Below, one piece after another: positions 7,663 to 16,084 of a stretch of DNA of 44,273 nucleotides. The position numbers were made by a program, and so were the translations under genes. Where the stretch lies: the IMG/VR virus record IMGVR_UViG_3300010362_000036, positions 1-44,273 of that record; one strand, given 5' to 3'. This DNA is from a virus. Its lineage: Duplodnaviria; Caudoviricetes. A model generated the notes under the pieces. That model made no database searches and was not told the origin of the DNA. It worked only from the letters and a program-made list of their open reading frames with translations. Numbering within the stretch: the first letter of the stretch is position 1; each line of letters starts with the position of its first letter.

Positions 7663-10388
7663 GCGGTCGCCTGTGGCTGGGAGCCGTTCCGGCCCGGTGA
7701 GAGTTGCTGCGCGGGCCCCGACGTCACACCGCCCGGGCCCGGGCTATTCGCTTGCGCCGTGCCGCCCATCTGGAACGCCGTCGCGCCCCCAGCGGCGCCG
7801 AAGGGATTGCCGCCCTGCTGGAGTTGTTGCGCGGCAGCGGCGGTCGGGAGGCCGATCGCGGACGCCTGGCGCATCTTCACATATTCCTCATAGAGCGGCT
7901 GTTGCCACTCGATCGGCTGGGCCGAAAACCGCGCCGTCGACATCAGACGCGACAATCGCCGCTTTCTCAAGGCGGCGATCTCGGGTTCGGTGTCGTTGGG
8001 GAGCGTGTACTGGAACGGCGTCCACGGCTCTGGCGGTGGCGGAATCTGTGGCGGTTGCGGCGGCATCGGCGGCAGGGGGTGCACGCGCGACTCGATGACG
8101 GCGCGCTGGTACATCTGCATCGCCGCCGCCTGCTGATTCTCCGGCCCGATCGTTGGCGGCGGTGGGCCGCCTTCCACGATCGCGGCGATCTGCGCGGCGA
8201 ACTGGTACTGTTGCTGCGCCTGTTCGAATTGCTGCATCGCCAGGTCGAACTGTTGCTTCATTTGGCGATACTGCTGCCACTGCGCGATCCACTCCGGCGA
8301 CGGTGGACCTTTGAGCCAGAGCGACACTTGGCGCTCGATGCGCTGCGCGTGCGACGATTCGCCGAGACCGATCGGATCCGAGAACGTGGGACGTGCCGCG
8401 TCAGCGGCTTCGTCGGGCGTGAGCCAGTGCATCTGCTGGCCGAACGCGATGTGCTGCTGCTTCTCGGCGCTGGGCATCATGCTGCCGGTGCCCGCCTGAA
8501 TACTCACACGATCGATCACGGCGAAATCGTTGCCGCGAAACCATTCGACTTTGTAGGCGCCGTCTTCCCCGACGTAGTGAATCGCCTGCGGCGCCTTGAA
8601 GTACTTCATCGCGAGCTCGAGTTTGATCCGCCAGTAGCGCGTCCACGCATTCATCGTCTGCTGCGCGGCGCGGCTCAACGCGACCATCGCTTGGCGCACG
8701 GCGATGTTGCGCGCGATCCCACTGACCTCTTGCTGATCGTTGGCGCCGAGCGCTGGCTTGGTGAGGCCGCTCGCCGATTCCATCTGCGAGTAGTTCCACG
8801 CCACCGTCTCGACCAACCCCGGTGGCAACGGGCGTGGTTCTTCGTAATGCGGATAGTCATCGCGCGAGACGACCGGCACCGGTGTGCCGGTGCCGCGCGA
8901 CTGCTCGATCTGCCAGCCCTGAATCGGCGACGTCGAGGGAATGAACTTGGCGGGGTGCAGAATGATATCGAGCGCCTGGAGGTACGCCGTGAGCAATGTC
9001 TGGGATGCTTCGCTCGCGCCGCCGAAGAGCGACATCGTCGCCATGCCGGTCGGATCGCGATCGTCGGGATCCATGCGCGGCGTGATCTGGACGACCGGGA
9101 TCTCCATGCAGCGCCGATCGGTGAGCTGCTGGCCGGAATTCGTCGGGACCTCGACTTCGGCGGTGAGATTACTCCGATCGAGCACAAAGCCGCCGAAGGC
9201 GCCACTCACGGCGACCATCGCGCCATACGGATAGCCCTGGTAGCGACCGATCGTGCGGGGTGTGGCGCGGCGATAACAGAGGTAGTAGAACATCAGCCGC
9301 TCATCGTTCGACCCGCCGGGCGTGTCGTTGGCGGCGCCGGTCGAGAGCTTCCACCGGGCGCGCAGCGACGGCGGCAGGATTACGAGGAAGCGTTGCGGCG
9401 TCCAGTCACACAACTGCGCGAGTTGATCGGGCGGGAGATTCGCGACGCGCGGCCAGCGCCGCTTCGCATCGCCGAGCGTGCAATACCAAATGACAATGAC
9501 CATTTCGGCATCGCGCACACTCAGAGTCTCGGGATAGGTGCGCACATGCTCGCGGCCCAAGACGTCGATGCGAATTTTCGGGATCCACGACTGCCCCGCG
9601 TCGGCAGGATTTTCAACGAATGCGACCGGATTGCCCTGACCGTCATCGCTCACGTAGCGCAGGATCGGGTCTGCGGTCGGGAGGAATTGGCCGGTGACCG
9701 GATCCTGCGCGACGTCGGGGCGACGTGGGTCGGTCGCGTGGGGGTGCGCTTTGATCTGGAGGGGCGTGTAGCCGCCGCCCGACGTGTCGACCCACAAATG
9801 CAAGAAGCCTGACGCGCGACAGGTCGCGGCGTCGAGGGCGTTCCAGAACTTCTCTGCATCGGCTGTGCCGGTGTCGCCGCCATCGTAGAGCAAGAACTGC
9901 TCAGCCATTTCGGCGCCGCGCTCCGCGACTTCGCCCAGGTCGAGCGCGCGGGGATCGGGTTGCGGCGGATCGACCATGAGTGTTTCGACAAATTTGCTGC
10001 AGAGGTCCGCCGCCTTGTTCGGCACAGCGGCAGCTGCCGATCGTTCGGCGCCGGGTGGCGTGATCGCGCGCCACAGATCTTGGTCTTGTACTTTCTCTAA
10101 TCGCGACCAGAAGCCTTGGCGGATGCGCGTCCAGTGCGCGTCTTGGGCGAGGCGATTGCGCGCGAGCCGTTCCTGTCGCAGGACGAGATTGTGGATCGTC
10201 GTGTAGGCCGTCTCGTCGTCGGCTTCGAGCAGCGGCCCGATGAGATAATTCTGAACTTGCGGGGCCGCCTCGCCGATCGGGGCCTGCGGGGTCGAGCGTC
10301 CGAAGGCGCCGTTGAAGCCGGTGTCGACGCCGCCGCGCGGCGCATCGGAGATCGGAAGCGAGGCGAGGCGCGCGGCATCTCCGGTCAT
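7659..10388 (-). CDS. Portal protein (P22-like, long Gln/Pro C-terminus)
   Basis: 909 aa between terL and the head genes. Motifs ASGLTKPALG...EVSGIA and a Q-rich C-terminal barrel-like region. Confidence 0.8.
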   Translation of the reverse strand: MTGDAARLASLPISDAPRGGVDTGFNGAFGRSTPQAPIGEAAPQVQNYLIGPLLEADDETAYTTIHNLVLRQERLARNRLAQDAHWTRIRQGFWSRLEKVQDQDLWRAITPPGAERSAAAAVPNKAADLCSKFVETLMVDPPQPDPRALDLGEVAERGAEMAEQFLLYDGGDTGTADAEKFWNALDAATCRASGFLHLWVDTSGGGYTPLQIKAHPHATDPRRPDVAQDPVTGQFLPTADPILRYVSDDGQGNPVAFVENPADAGQSWIPKIRIDVLGREHVRTYPETLSVRDAEMVIVIWYCTLGDAKRRWPRVANLPPDQLAQLCDWTPQRFLVILPPSLRARWKLSTGAANDTPGGSNDERLMFYYLCYRRATPRTIGRYQGYPYGAMVAVSGAFGGFVLDRSNLTAEVEVPTNSGQQLTDRRCMEIPVVQITPRMDPDDRDPTGMATMSLFGGASEASQTLLTAYLQALDIILHPAKFIPSTSPIQGWQIEQSRGTGTPVPVVSRDDYPHYEEPRPLPPGLVETVAWNYSQMESASGLTKPALGANDQQEVSGIARNIAVRQAMVALSRAAQQTMNAWTRYWRIKLELAMKYFKAPQAIHYVGEDGAYKVEWFRGNDFAVIDRVSIQAGTGSMMPSAEKQQHIAFGQQMHWLTPDEAADAARPTFSDPIGLGESSHAQRIERQVSLWLKGPPSPEWIAQWQQYRQMKQQFDLAMQQFEQAQQQYQFAAQIAAIVEGGPPPPTIGPENQQAAAMQMYQRAVIESRVHPLPPMPPQPPQIPPPPEPWTPFQYTLPNDTEPEIAALRKRRLSRLMSTARFSAQPIEWQQPLYEEYVKMRQASAIGLPTAAAAQQLQQGGNPFGAAGGATAFQMGGTAQANSPGPGGVTSGPAQQLSPGRNGSQPQATA

Positions 10389-10423
10389 GGGACCGAAGGC
10401 GCCGTTGGTATTCGTCGGAATGG

Positions 10424-10807
10424 CTAGCGGATCCCTTCGAAGGCCTCGTCTTCCGACGAGGGCCAGTGGAGGATGTGGTTGATCAGTTCCGTCTCATCCA
10501 TCCCTTCGAGCTTGCGCTCGGCGGCCCAATGGTGCAGGTGGCGCGAGAGGGACGGATCGTTCGTCGCCTGCAGCTCGATCGCGATATCGAGGTCGCTGCG
10601 CTCGACAGGTTGTAGCGGTTGTTGCGGCTGTCGCGGTTGCACCGGGGGTGGCTGGAGGGCGATGCGCTCCAGCTTATCGAGAATGGCCTTCGATAGCTCC
10701 TGCGCCTGCTCGGCCATGCGGATGGCCGCAGATGTCTGCTGCATCGCCCGCTCGGACTGTTCGCGCACTCGCTCAAATGTCGCGCGAGACACCCACGGCC
10801 ACCGCAT
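10424..10807 (-). CDS. Hypothetical coiled-coil protein
   Basis: MRWPWVSR start, helical, upstream of the portal. Confidence 0.55.
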   Translation of the reverse strand: MRWPWVSRATFERVREQSERAMQQTSAAIRMAEQAQELSKAILDKLERIALQPPPVQPRQPQQPLQPVERSDLDIAIELQATNDPSLSRHLHHWAAERKLEGMDETELINHILHWPSSEDEAFEGIR

Positions 10808-10848
10808 ATCCGTTATGCGTCCTATCTATAGATGTCTTTACAGTTTCT

Positions 10849-11319
10849 TCACGGCGTCGGGGGCGGCGTAACCGTCGCTGCCCCAACAACGTCGAGCGAT
10901 CCGCAGTTCGCGCAGCGCGGCTTCTCCGTCGAGCCCACCGGACGATTCAACCAGAGCGAGGCCCACTCCACAGGCAGATGTTTATGCCCGCAGTTGTTGC
11001 AGACCATGACGTCGGGATCCCAGTCGCGCTTGAGGACCGGCGCCTCCTTCGGCAGTTCGGCGGGCCAGATGTACTTGGGATCGCCTTCCTCGGTGACCGG
11101 GGTGCGCCCGCACTGATCGCACGGGACGTACTCGACCGAGTCGGGCGTGGCATCCCACTTCTCTTGCCACCGCTCGGGGGTGTGGGCGAAGCCGCACACC
11201 CGGCAGATCATGCGAATGCCAGCGGCGGGCGCGTATTCATCGACGTACGGGGCCTGCGATTCATCGACGGTCGTGGTCGTTGGGTCATCGACCGGAGTCG
11301 GGGTGCGGGCACGAGCCAT
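10849..11319 (-). CDS. Tandem zinc-ribbon protein
   Basis: Four CxxC motifs in two similar units. Confidence 0.6.
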   Translation of the reverse strand: MARARTPTPVDDPTTTTVDESQAPYVDEYAPAAGIRMICRVCGFAHTPERWQEKWDATPDSVEYVPCDQCGRTPVTEEGDPKYIWPAELPKEAPVLKRDWDPDVMVCNNCGHKHLPVEWASLWLNRPVGSTEKPRCANCGSLDVVGAATVTPPPTP

Positions 11320-11777
11320 TAGAGGATCCTCACGAAGACGAGGTCAGAAGAATGCGGGATGTCTCGTTCATACACACCGTCGCCGTTGGACGAGAGGCCA
11401 TCCGCCGACGTGTTGCCGGAGATCTGGGTGATGCGGCCATCGGGCTGCACGGCGCACACGAACCCGACGTGATGCGCATCGGTCGCGCCCTTCACGCGCA
11501 GGTAGAGGTCGTTGGGCAGCGGCTCGGTCACGACCCAATTCGCGTCCTGGGCGACCTGGAGGATCTCGTCGCAGCTGCCGGTGCGTTGGATCGGCGCTTG
11601 GCCTTGATAACAGATGTCTAACACCAGCGTGGCGAAAAAGGCGCACCAGGAGTCGCCGGGCTTGCCGCCGCCCCAGTGCTGGATCGCCTCGACCCGCTGG
11701 CCGCGATTGCCGGAGAGCTCGCGGACGTACTTGAACTGCCGTGCGATCTGCACGGGCTCGTAGTGTCGCGTGGCCAT
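11319..11777 (-). CDS. CHAP-domain amidase/endolysin
   Basis: PGDSWCAFF (catalytic Cys), HHVGFV (His), ISGNT. Start MATRHY at 11777 with GAGG RBS. Confidence 0.85.
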   Translation of the reverse strand: MATRHYEPVQIARQFKYVRELSGNRGQRVEAIQHWGGGKPGDSWCAFFATLVLDICYQGQAPIQRTGSCDEILQVAQDANWVVTEPLPNDLYLRVKGATDAHHVGFVCAVQPDGRITQISGNTSADGLSSNGDGVYERDIPHSSDLVFVRIL

Positions 11778-11779
11778 GG

Positions 11780-13333
11780 TTACCTCGGGCCGACGGGGCG
11801 GCGCCACGTGGGCACCGCATGCGTGAAGGGCGCCGCGTTCTTCGGACGGCCCCACTCCTGGAAGATCTCATTGAGCGCCGCCGCCGGAGTGACGCGGACG
11901 AGTCGCTGCTGCGCGATGTCGAAATGCGGCGCGCGATCGCCCACCTTGAAGCCACCGGGTTCCGCCGCCATCGCGGGAGTCAGCGGTCGTGAGGCGAGGC
12001 CATAGCGCACCATGTCGTACGCATCGTCGCCGCCCTCGCCGCGATCGTCGGCGTCGGTCTTGAGGATATCCTCAGGATCGTCGGGGTCGGACACGCGCGA
12101 CTCCAAACAGTCGTACACGCGCCGATTCGTGAGCGTGTCACAAATCTGGAAGCGTGGGGGAATCTCGCGTTCGCCGAGCTGGTCGCGGAGCTTCCAGTTC
12201 AGGTAGCGCCGGATGTTTTGGACGCCCGCGACGCGCGAGATATTTGCGCGTACCAGCGGCAGGCCGAGCGTTGCGAAGTGCTCAGCGATCGTCGGGACGT
12301 GCTCGCCGCGCGCTTTATGATCTGCCCAGCAATCATGCCCGGCAGCGGTGTAACGCAGATGCGACGCAGAGAGCCCGAGTGCTTTGAGTCGATCCAGCAC
12401 GCGGAAGACGATGTCTGGCGGCTGGAGGTGGCGACCGGTGATCGCGTCCAGCAGATAGACCGTGCCGCCCTCGTCACAGGCGAATACCCCGAAATAAAAG
12501 GGATGGTGATACCCCCAGTCGAAGGCCGCGAAGAGGGTCCAGTGTCGCGGCACGTGGTCGAGCCCATACACGAGATGCTTCTCGCGCGAGAGATCGGCAA
12601 GCCCCAGGCCCACGCCCGCATCCCAGTCGCCCATGGCGAGCCAGCGGTATTCGAGTTCTGGCAACATGCGGAGGCGCGCTTCGTAGCCCGGGTCGGCGAC
12701 CATGAGCGTCGGATTGTCGCGCAACGTTGCCTTCACAAAGGCGCGCGTGGTGGTCTCGGCGCCGCCGTTCTCGGGCACGATCTCGACCGGACGTCCGTCG
12801 TTCGGGCAGCGCGACACGAAGCGACGTTTGATCCACGCATGGCCCGGCCCGCCCGGATTGGCCGATGCGCGCATCATCCGCACGAGGCCCGCCGACGCGG
12901 TCCGATTTCTTGACATCAAAAAAAGCCAGATGCGTTCTTCGGGGAGTTGCCCCAGCTCATCGAACGCGATCGTCGTGAACTGCTGTCCCTGGTATTGCAT
13001 CGCTTCGGCGTACGTGCCGCAGTAGCCGAACTGGTAGGTCGCGCCGCTCGGGAAGGCCCACCGGTGATCCCGCTCGTTCCACGTGGCGCCTGTCTCGGGG
13101 AAGACAGCGAGCGATCGGTCCACGAGCTCGCGGAGTTCGGGAAAGGTTCTGCGGAGGATGAGCGCTTTGTAATCGGGGTGATCGATCTGGCGGAGCGCGC
13201 CGAAGAGCAGTGCATCGGACTTGCCGCCCCCGGCCTGCCCGCCGTAGAGCACTTCGTACGCGCTCGATGCCAGAAACGCCGATTGTGGTCCCGGGTGCGC
13301 CGTCCAGATCGCCTTCTGTGATGCGGCCAACAT
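11780..13333 (-). CDS. terL: Terminase large subunit
   Basis: Walker A YGGQAGGGKS, Walker B IAFDELG, motif III ASANPGG, RNase H-like nuclease AFDWG...DDAYDMVRY. Confidence 0.97.
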   Translation of the reverse strand: MLAASQKAIWTAHPGPQSAFLASSAYEVLYGGQAGGGKSDALLFGALRQIDHPDYKALILRRTFPELRELVDRSLAVFPETGATWNERDHRWAFPSGATYQFGYCGTYAEAMQYQGQQFTTIAFDELGQLPEERIWLFLMSRNRTASAGLVRMMRASANPGGPGHAWIKRRFVSRCPNDGRPVEIVPENGGAETTTRAFVKATLRDNPTLMVADPGYEARLRMLPELEYRWLAMGDWDAGVGLGLADLSREKHLVYGLDHVPRHWTLFAAFDWGYHHPFYFGVFACDEGGTVYLLDAITGRHLQPPDIVFRVLDRLKALGLSASHLRYTAAGHDCWADHKARGEHVPTIAEHFATLGLPLVRANISRVAGVQNIRRYLNWKLRDQLGEREIPPRFQICDTLTNRRVYDCLESRVSDPDDPEDILKTDADDRGEGGDDAYDMVRYGLASRPLTPAMAAEPGGFKVGDRAPHFDIAQQRLVRVTPAAALNEIFQEWGRPKNAAPFTHAVPTWRRPVGPR

Positions 13334-13349
13334 TTTTCGCTTTTTTCGC

Positions 13350-13679
13350 TTATTTCGCTCGCCACTCGCGCACGGGAAGTCCGACGGGATTCGTCACCTT
13401 TCTGCCCGTCCATTCGGCGCGCCCGAGATCCACGAGATCTTTCCGCCGCTTCCGCACGCACCGCTGCGGCGGCCAGCCGTAGCGTTCACAGTTCGCGTCG
13501 TAGAAGTTCTGCAGCGCCTCGTCACACGCGGGGCCCAGGAGGCGCATCGCGACCAGGACATGCAAGCAGGCTTCCGAGATTTTTTTGTTGACGTGCGCGG
13601 CGGCGATGTGCGACGTGTCAGGATCGGAGTTTCGGGTGTGCGCTCTCGCATCGAAGAGATCACCCTGCTCGTACATCAC
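13350..13679 (-). CDS. Winged-helix-like DNA-binding protein
   Basis: [13 protein letters not shown]-terminus; [11 protein letters not shown]...W pattern common in phage wHTH proteins. Confidence 0.55.
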   Translation of the reverse strand: MMYEQGDLFDARAHTRNSDPDTSHIAAAHVNKKISEACLHVLVAMRLLGPACDEALQNFYDANCERYGWPPQRCVRKRRKDLVDLGRAEWTGRKVTNPVGLPVREWRAK

Positions 13680-13867
13680 CGTCGATCGAACGCTCGCCGG
13701 AGACGCCCCAGTCGCTTCGCCTTTACCTCATCCTCGATGCGGGTCCCCTTTTTCGGCGGCCCGGCGGCCACGAATTCCTTGCCGACCGATGACGGGATCC
13801 CAATGCGCGACTCCCCATGCGCCGCCGCTCGCATGGCCCGGTACTGCCGCTGTGAGACCGCAGGCAT
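13676..13867 (-). CDS. Small basic phage protein
   Basis: [18 protein letters not shown]...[11 protein letters not shown]; GAGG-like RBS region; coupled downstream. Confidence 0.6.
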   Translation of the reverse strand: MPAVSQRQYRAMRAAAHGESRIGIPSSVGKEFVAAGPPKKGTRIEDEVKAKRLGRLRRAFDRR

Positions 13868-13921
13868 CCTATGAGGAAGTACTCATTCGTGGATACGATA
13901 CATCCATACGGCGTATCTGTG

Positions 13922-14167
13922 TCACGTGGCACCTGGCGGTTTCTTCACGATCCGCTGCCACTCGCCGCACCAGTCCGTCTCGTACACACGCGGCCACGCC
14001 ACCTCCGGCACGTCCCCACCGTTGTCCGACGTGAACAACCTCGGCTCCGGCGCTAACCGCCGACACAGCCCCTCGTGCTCGTCATGATCCCCCTCAAAAT
14101 CAAAAAAGCGGCACGAGGCGCACCGTTCTTCCTCCGGGCGCTCGTACCGCTCTGGATTGTCGTCCAC
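13922..14167 (-). CDS. Small Cys-rich protein
   Basis: CASCRFF...GLCRRLAP...WPRV...DWCGEW pattern. Confidence 0.6.
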   Translation of the reverse strand: MDDNPERYERPEEERCASCRFFDFEGDHDEHEGLCRRLAPEPRLFTSDNGGDVPEVAWPRVYETDWCGEWQRIVKKPPGAT

Positions 14168-14176
14168 GCTTCGTTG

Positions 14177-14422
14177 CTAGTTCCGCTGCGTGTCCTTCTG
14201 CCGGAATGAGCCAGGGCCCTTCGCCCGCGTCTTCTTCCCCTTCTCAAACGCCTTGCCCCGCTTCCGCGCCACCCCCCGCCGCATCGCTTCCCGCCGCTCG
14301 TGATCAAGCTTCGCTTGCTCCTTCAACATCGCGCGACGCTCCGCTGCTCCCGCCTCTTGCACCGCCTCGGGCGTGTGAGCTGCCCGTAGCTCCTCCTCCG
14401 CTTCATCGAATCCGTCTCGCAC
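14177..14422 (-). CDS. Hypothetical charged protein
   Basis: Fills the operon gap; basic C-terminus. Confidence 0.45.
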   Translation of the reverse strand: MRDGFDEAEEELRAAHTPEAVQEAGAAERRAMLKEQAKLDHERREAMRRGVARKRGKAFEKGKKTRAKGPGSFRQKDTQRN

Positions 14423-14624
14423 TCAACTCCTCCAGTTTGGTCTCGATCGATTTCACCCGCTGCCCGAACTCCGTCGACATCACCACCTTGTCGAGCCGCG
14501 CCGCAATCGCCCTCTCGATCATCGCCCAAATCTTCTCCCGATACTTCCACGCGATCGCTGCCACCAGCGCGGGCACACTCGCTGTCCCTAGTAAGCTAGC
14601 CAGCCAGTCCCCGATCGCGTGCAT
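14403..14624 (-). CDS. Single-TM protein with coiled coil (lysis accessory candidate)
   Basis: Hydrophobic N-terminus LASLLGTASVPALVAAIAW; TAATG coupling to terS. Confidence 0.55.
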   Translation of the reverse strand: MHAIGDWLASLLGTASVPALVAAIAWKYREKIWAMIERAIAARLDKVVMSTEFGQRVKSIETKLEELSARRIR

Positions 14625-15112
14625 TACTCGATCTCCACCTCAGCCTCCTCGTCGTACACCGGATCCGTCGATCCCGGCAATGCCCCACGCACCGGCTCCA
14701 ACGCGGGCAACACCACCACCCCCACATGATGCCGATGCTCCTGAATCACCCGGTCGCCATACAACTTCGGCGCCACCTTCGAGGTGAACCACTTCAGCGT
14801 ATCCACCCGGAGCCGGTTCCGCTGCACCCCCGCCATGTCCCCCGGCTCAATCGACTCGTTCGATATCCGTATCGCTTCATCCGCCAAACTGTGCGCCTGC
14901 TCCACTCGCGCCTCCCGCCACCGCTCCGCAAACCCCTCATCCCGCTGAATCCATACACTCACCGTCTCCACCGGAATCGATAACGCCGCACACGCCTGCG
15001 TCTTCGTCATCCCCCCTCCCACCAACCGCAGCAACTGCTCCCGATCCCGCTCCGTGTACCCCACTAACCGAAACGGCGACCCCGGCCACGGCCTGTGCGG
15101 CAACCGCTTCAT
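14624..15112 (-). CDS. terS: Terminase small subunit
   Basis: N-terminal HTH, then ARVEQAHSLADEA...NRLRVDTLKWFTSKVAPKLYGD (Sf6/P22-like terS signature). Start MKRLPH at 15112. Confidence 0.9.
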   Translation of the reverse strand: MKRLPHRPWPGSPFRLVGYTERDREQLLRLVGGGMTKTQACAALSIPVETVSVWIQRDEGFAERWREARVEQAHSLADEAIRISNESIEPGDMAGVQRNRLRVDTLKWFTSKVAPKLYGDRVIQEHRHHVGVVVLPALEPVRGALPGSTDPVYDEEAEVEIE

Positions 15113-15375
15113 CGCACCGCCCGCAGTTCCGCCATCCGAGCTCGCTTCCGCTCGTTCCGCCGCTTCGCCTTCGCTACCGCACTCGCCTCCGCCGCCTGCA
15201 ACCGCCGCTGCTCCACCAACGCCAATCCCATCCACCACCGCAGCACGCTCACCGCCAATAACGGCATCAACGACCGATCACGCTCCGCACACCTCCGACA
15301 GAGCCCCCGCGCCCACGGCTCCCGACACTGAACACACTCCTCCACCATACCCCAAATGGTCGTCAATACCCCCAC
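15109..15375 (-). CDS. Hypothetical Zn-finger-like protein
   Basis: CVQC...CRRC; ATGA coupling to terS. Confidence 0.5.
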   Translation of the reverse strand: MGVLTTIWGMVEECVQCREPWARGLCRRCAERDRSLMPLLAVSVLRWWMGLALVEQRRLQAAEASAVAKAKRRNERKRARMAELRAVR

Positions 15376-15542
15376 CCCCTAACAGCTTCCCACCACACCA
15401 CACTTCCGGCCCCCTGTATGCAAATCGCTGATACTCACCCGCGTTTTTTGAGACCAGTGCATACAAACCCACGCTCACGCGCACGAACAACCACCAGCCG
15501 GAATAATGCTCCGGGCTCCCGCGCCGGGCGCCGGGCAAACCA

Positions 15543-15606
15543 CCCACCCCCTCCCCCCCACCCCCTCGATTGTGGGCGCAGCTGACGCGCTCTACCCCCG
15601 GGGGTA
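15543..15606. other. Candidate packaging/terminus signal: G4-type G-run tract and 14-bp palindrome
   Basis: The minus strand reads GGGGG-T-GGGGGGG-A-GGGGG-T-GGG at 15543-15565. Perfect palindrome TACCCCCGGGGGTA at 15593-15606. Upstream of terS where the base skew changes. Confidence 0.45.
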
Positions 15607-15657
15607 TCGATCGCCGACCGGGCTCGACCGCCCGCAGTTATCAGAGATCTCTAACAA

Positions 15658-15677
15658 TGGGGAACAGACTGGGGAAC
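15658..15677 (+). repeat. 20-bp direct repeat TGGGGAACAGACTGGGGAAC, copy 1
   Basis: Exact copy at 30491-30510. Confidence 0.95.
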
Positions 15678-15974
15678 AAACCCGGCAAACATTGCTAAAT
15701 CGTTGCCATGTAAAGACATCCAGCGACATGTAAATGGGTCGCATGCCTTTTGTCGCTAGGCGCTGTGCGCGCGCCATGGTGCACCAATCGCAAACGCGCG
15801 CGTCGAGCTGCGAAAATCCGATTCCGAGCTGTCAAAAATCGATCGCGGAATTGTGCAGAATGCGCGCGAACGGCGACGTGCACGCCAAGGCGTTTCAGCG
15901 CTGAGCGATCGATCCTAGGGGGATTGTGAGCGTCCTAGCGTCGGTTTGGCGGAAGCGAGCGGGCAGGAAATTTC

Positions 15975-16052
15975 GCTTATATAGATGTTGGCACTTGTGA
16001 CCTAATAGGCACCTGGCTAGTCTTATAGGCACATAGGTGCCAATAGCGGCAC
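15975..16052 (+). promoter_or_regulatory. Early promoter/operator region with phased GGCAC repeats
   Basis: GGCAC at 15990, 16008, 16028 and 16048, inverted GTGCC at 16037, next to an AT-rich stretch. Confidence 0.5.
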
Positions 16053-16084
16053 CATTCGACACCTTTCAAAGCGGAGTTTACGCA

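Noticed and set aside
7704-9812. 702-aa plus-strand ORF (likewise 327-1145, 31016-31942, 34634-36196, 38051-39106, 41105-42316)
   Set aside because: Antisense shadows of well-supported minus-strand genes in high-GC DNA; low-information translations without motifs.
14624-15238. Long N-terminal extensions in the ORF track for terS, CHAP, LPD29, SLOG, VRR-NUC, int and the adaptor
   Set aside because: The extensions overlap neighbouring genes; internal starts with an RBS or stop/start coupling fit better.
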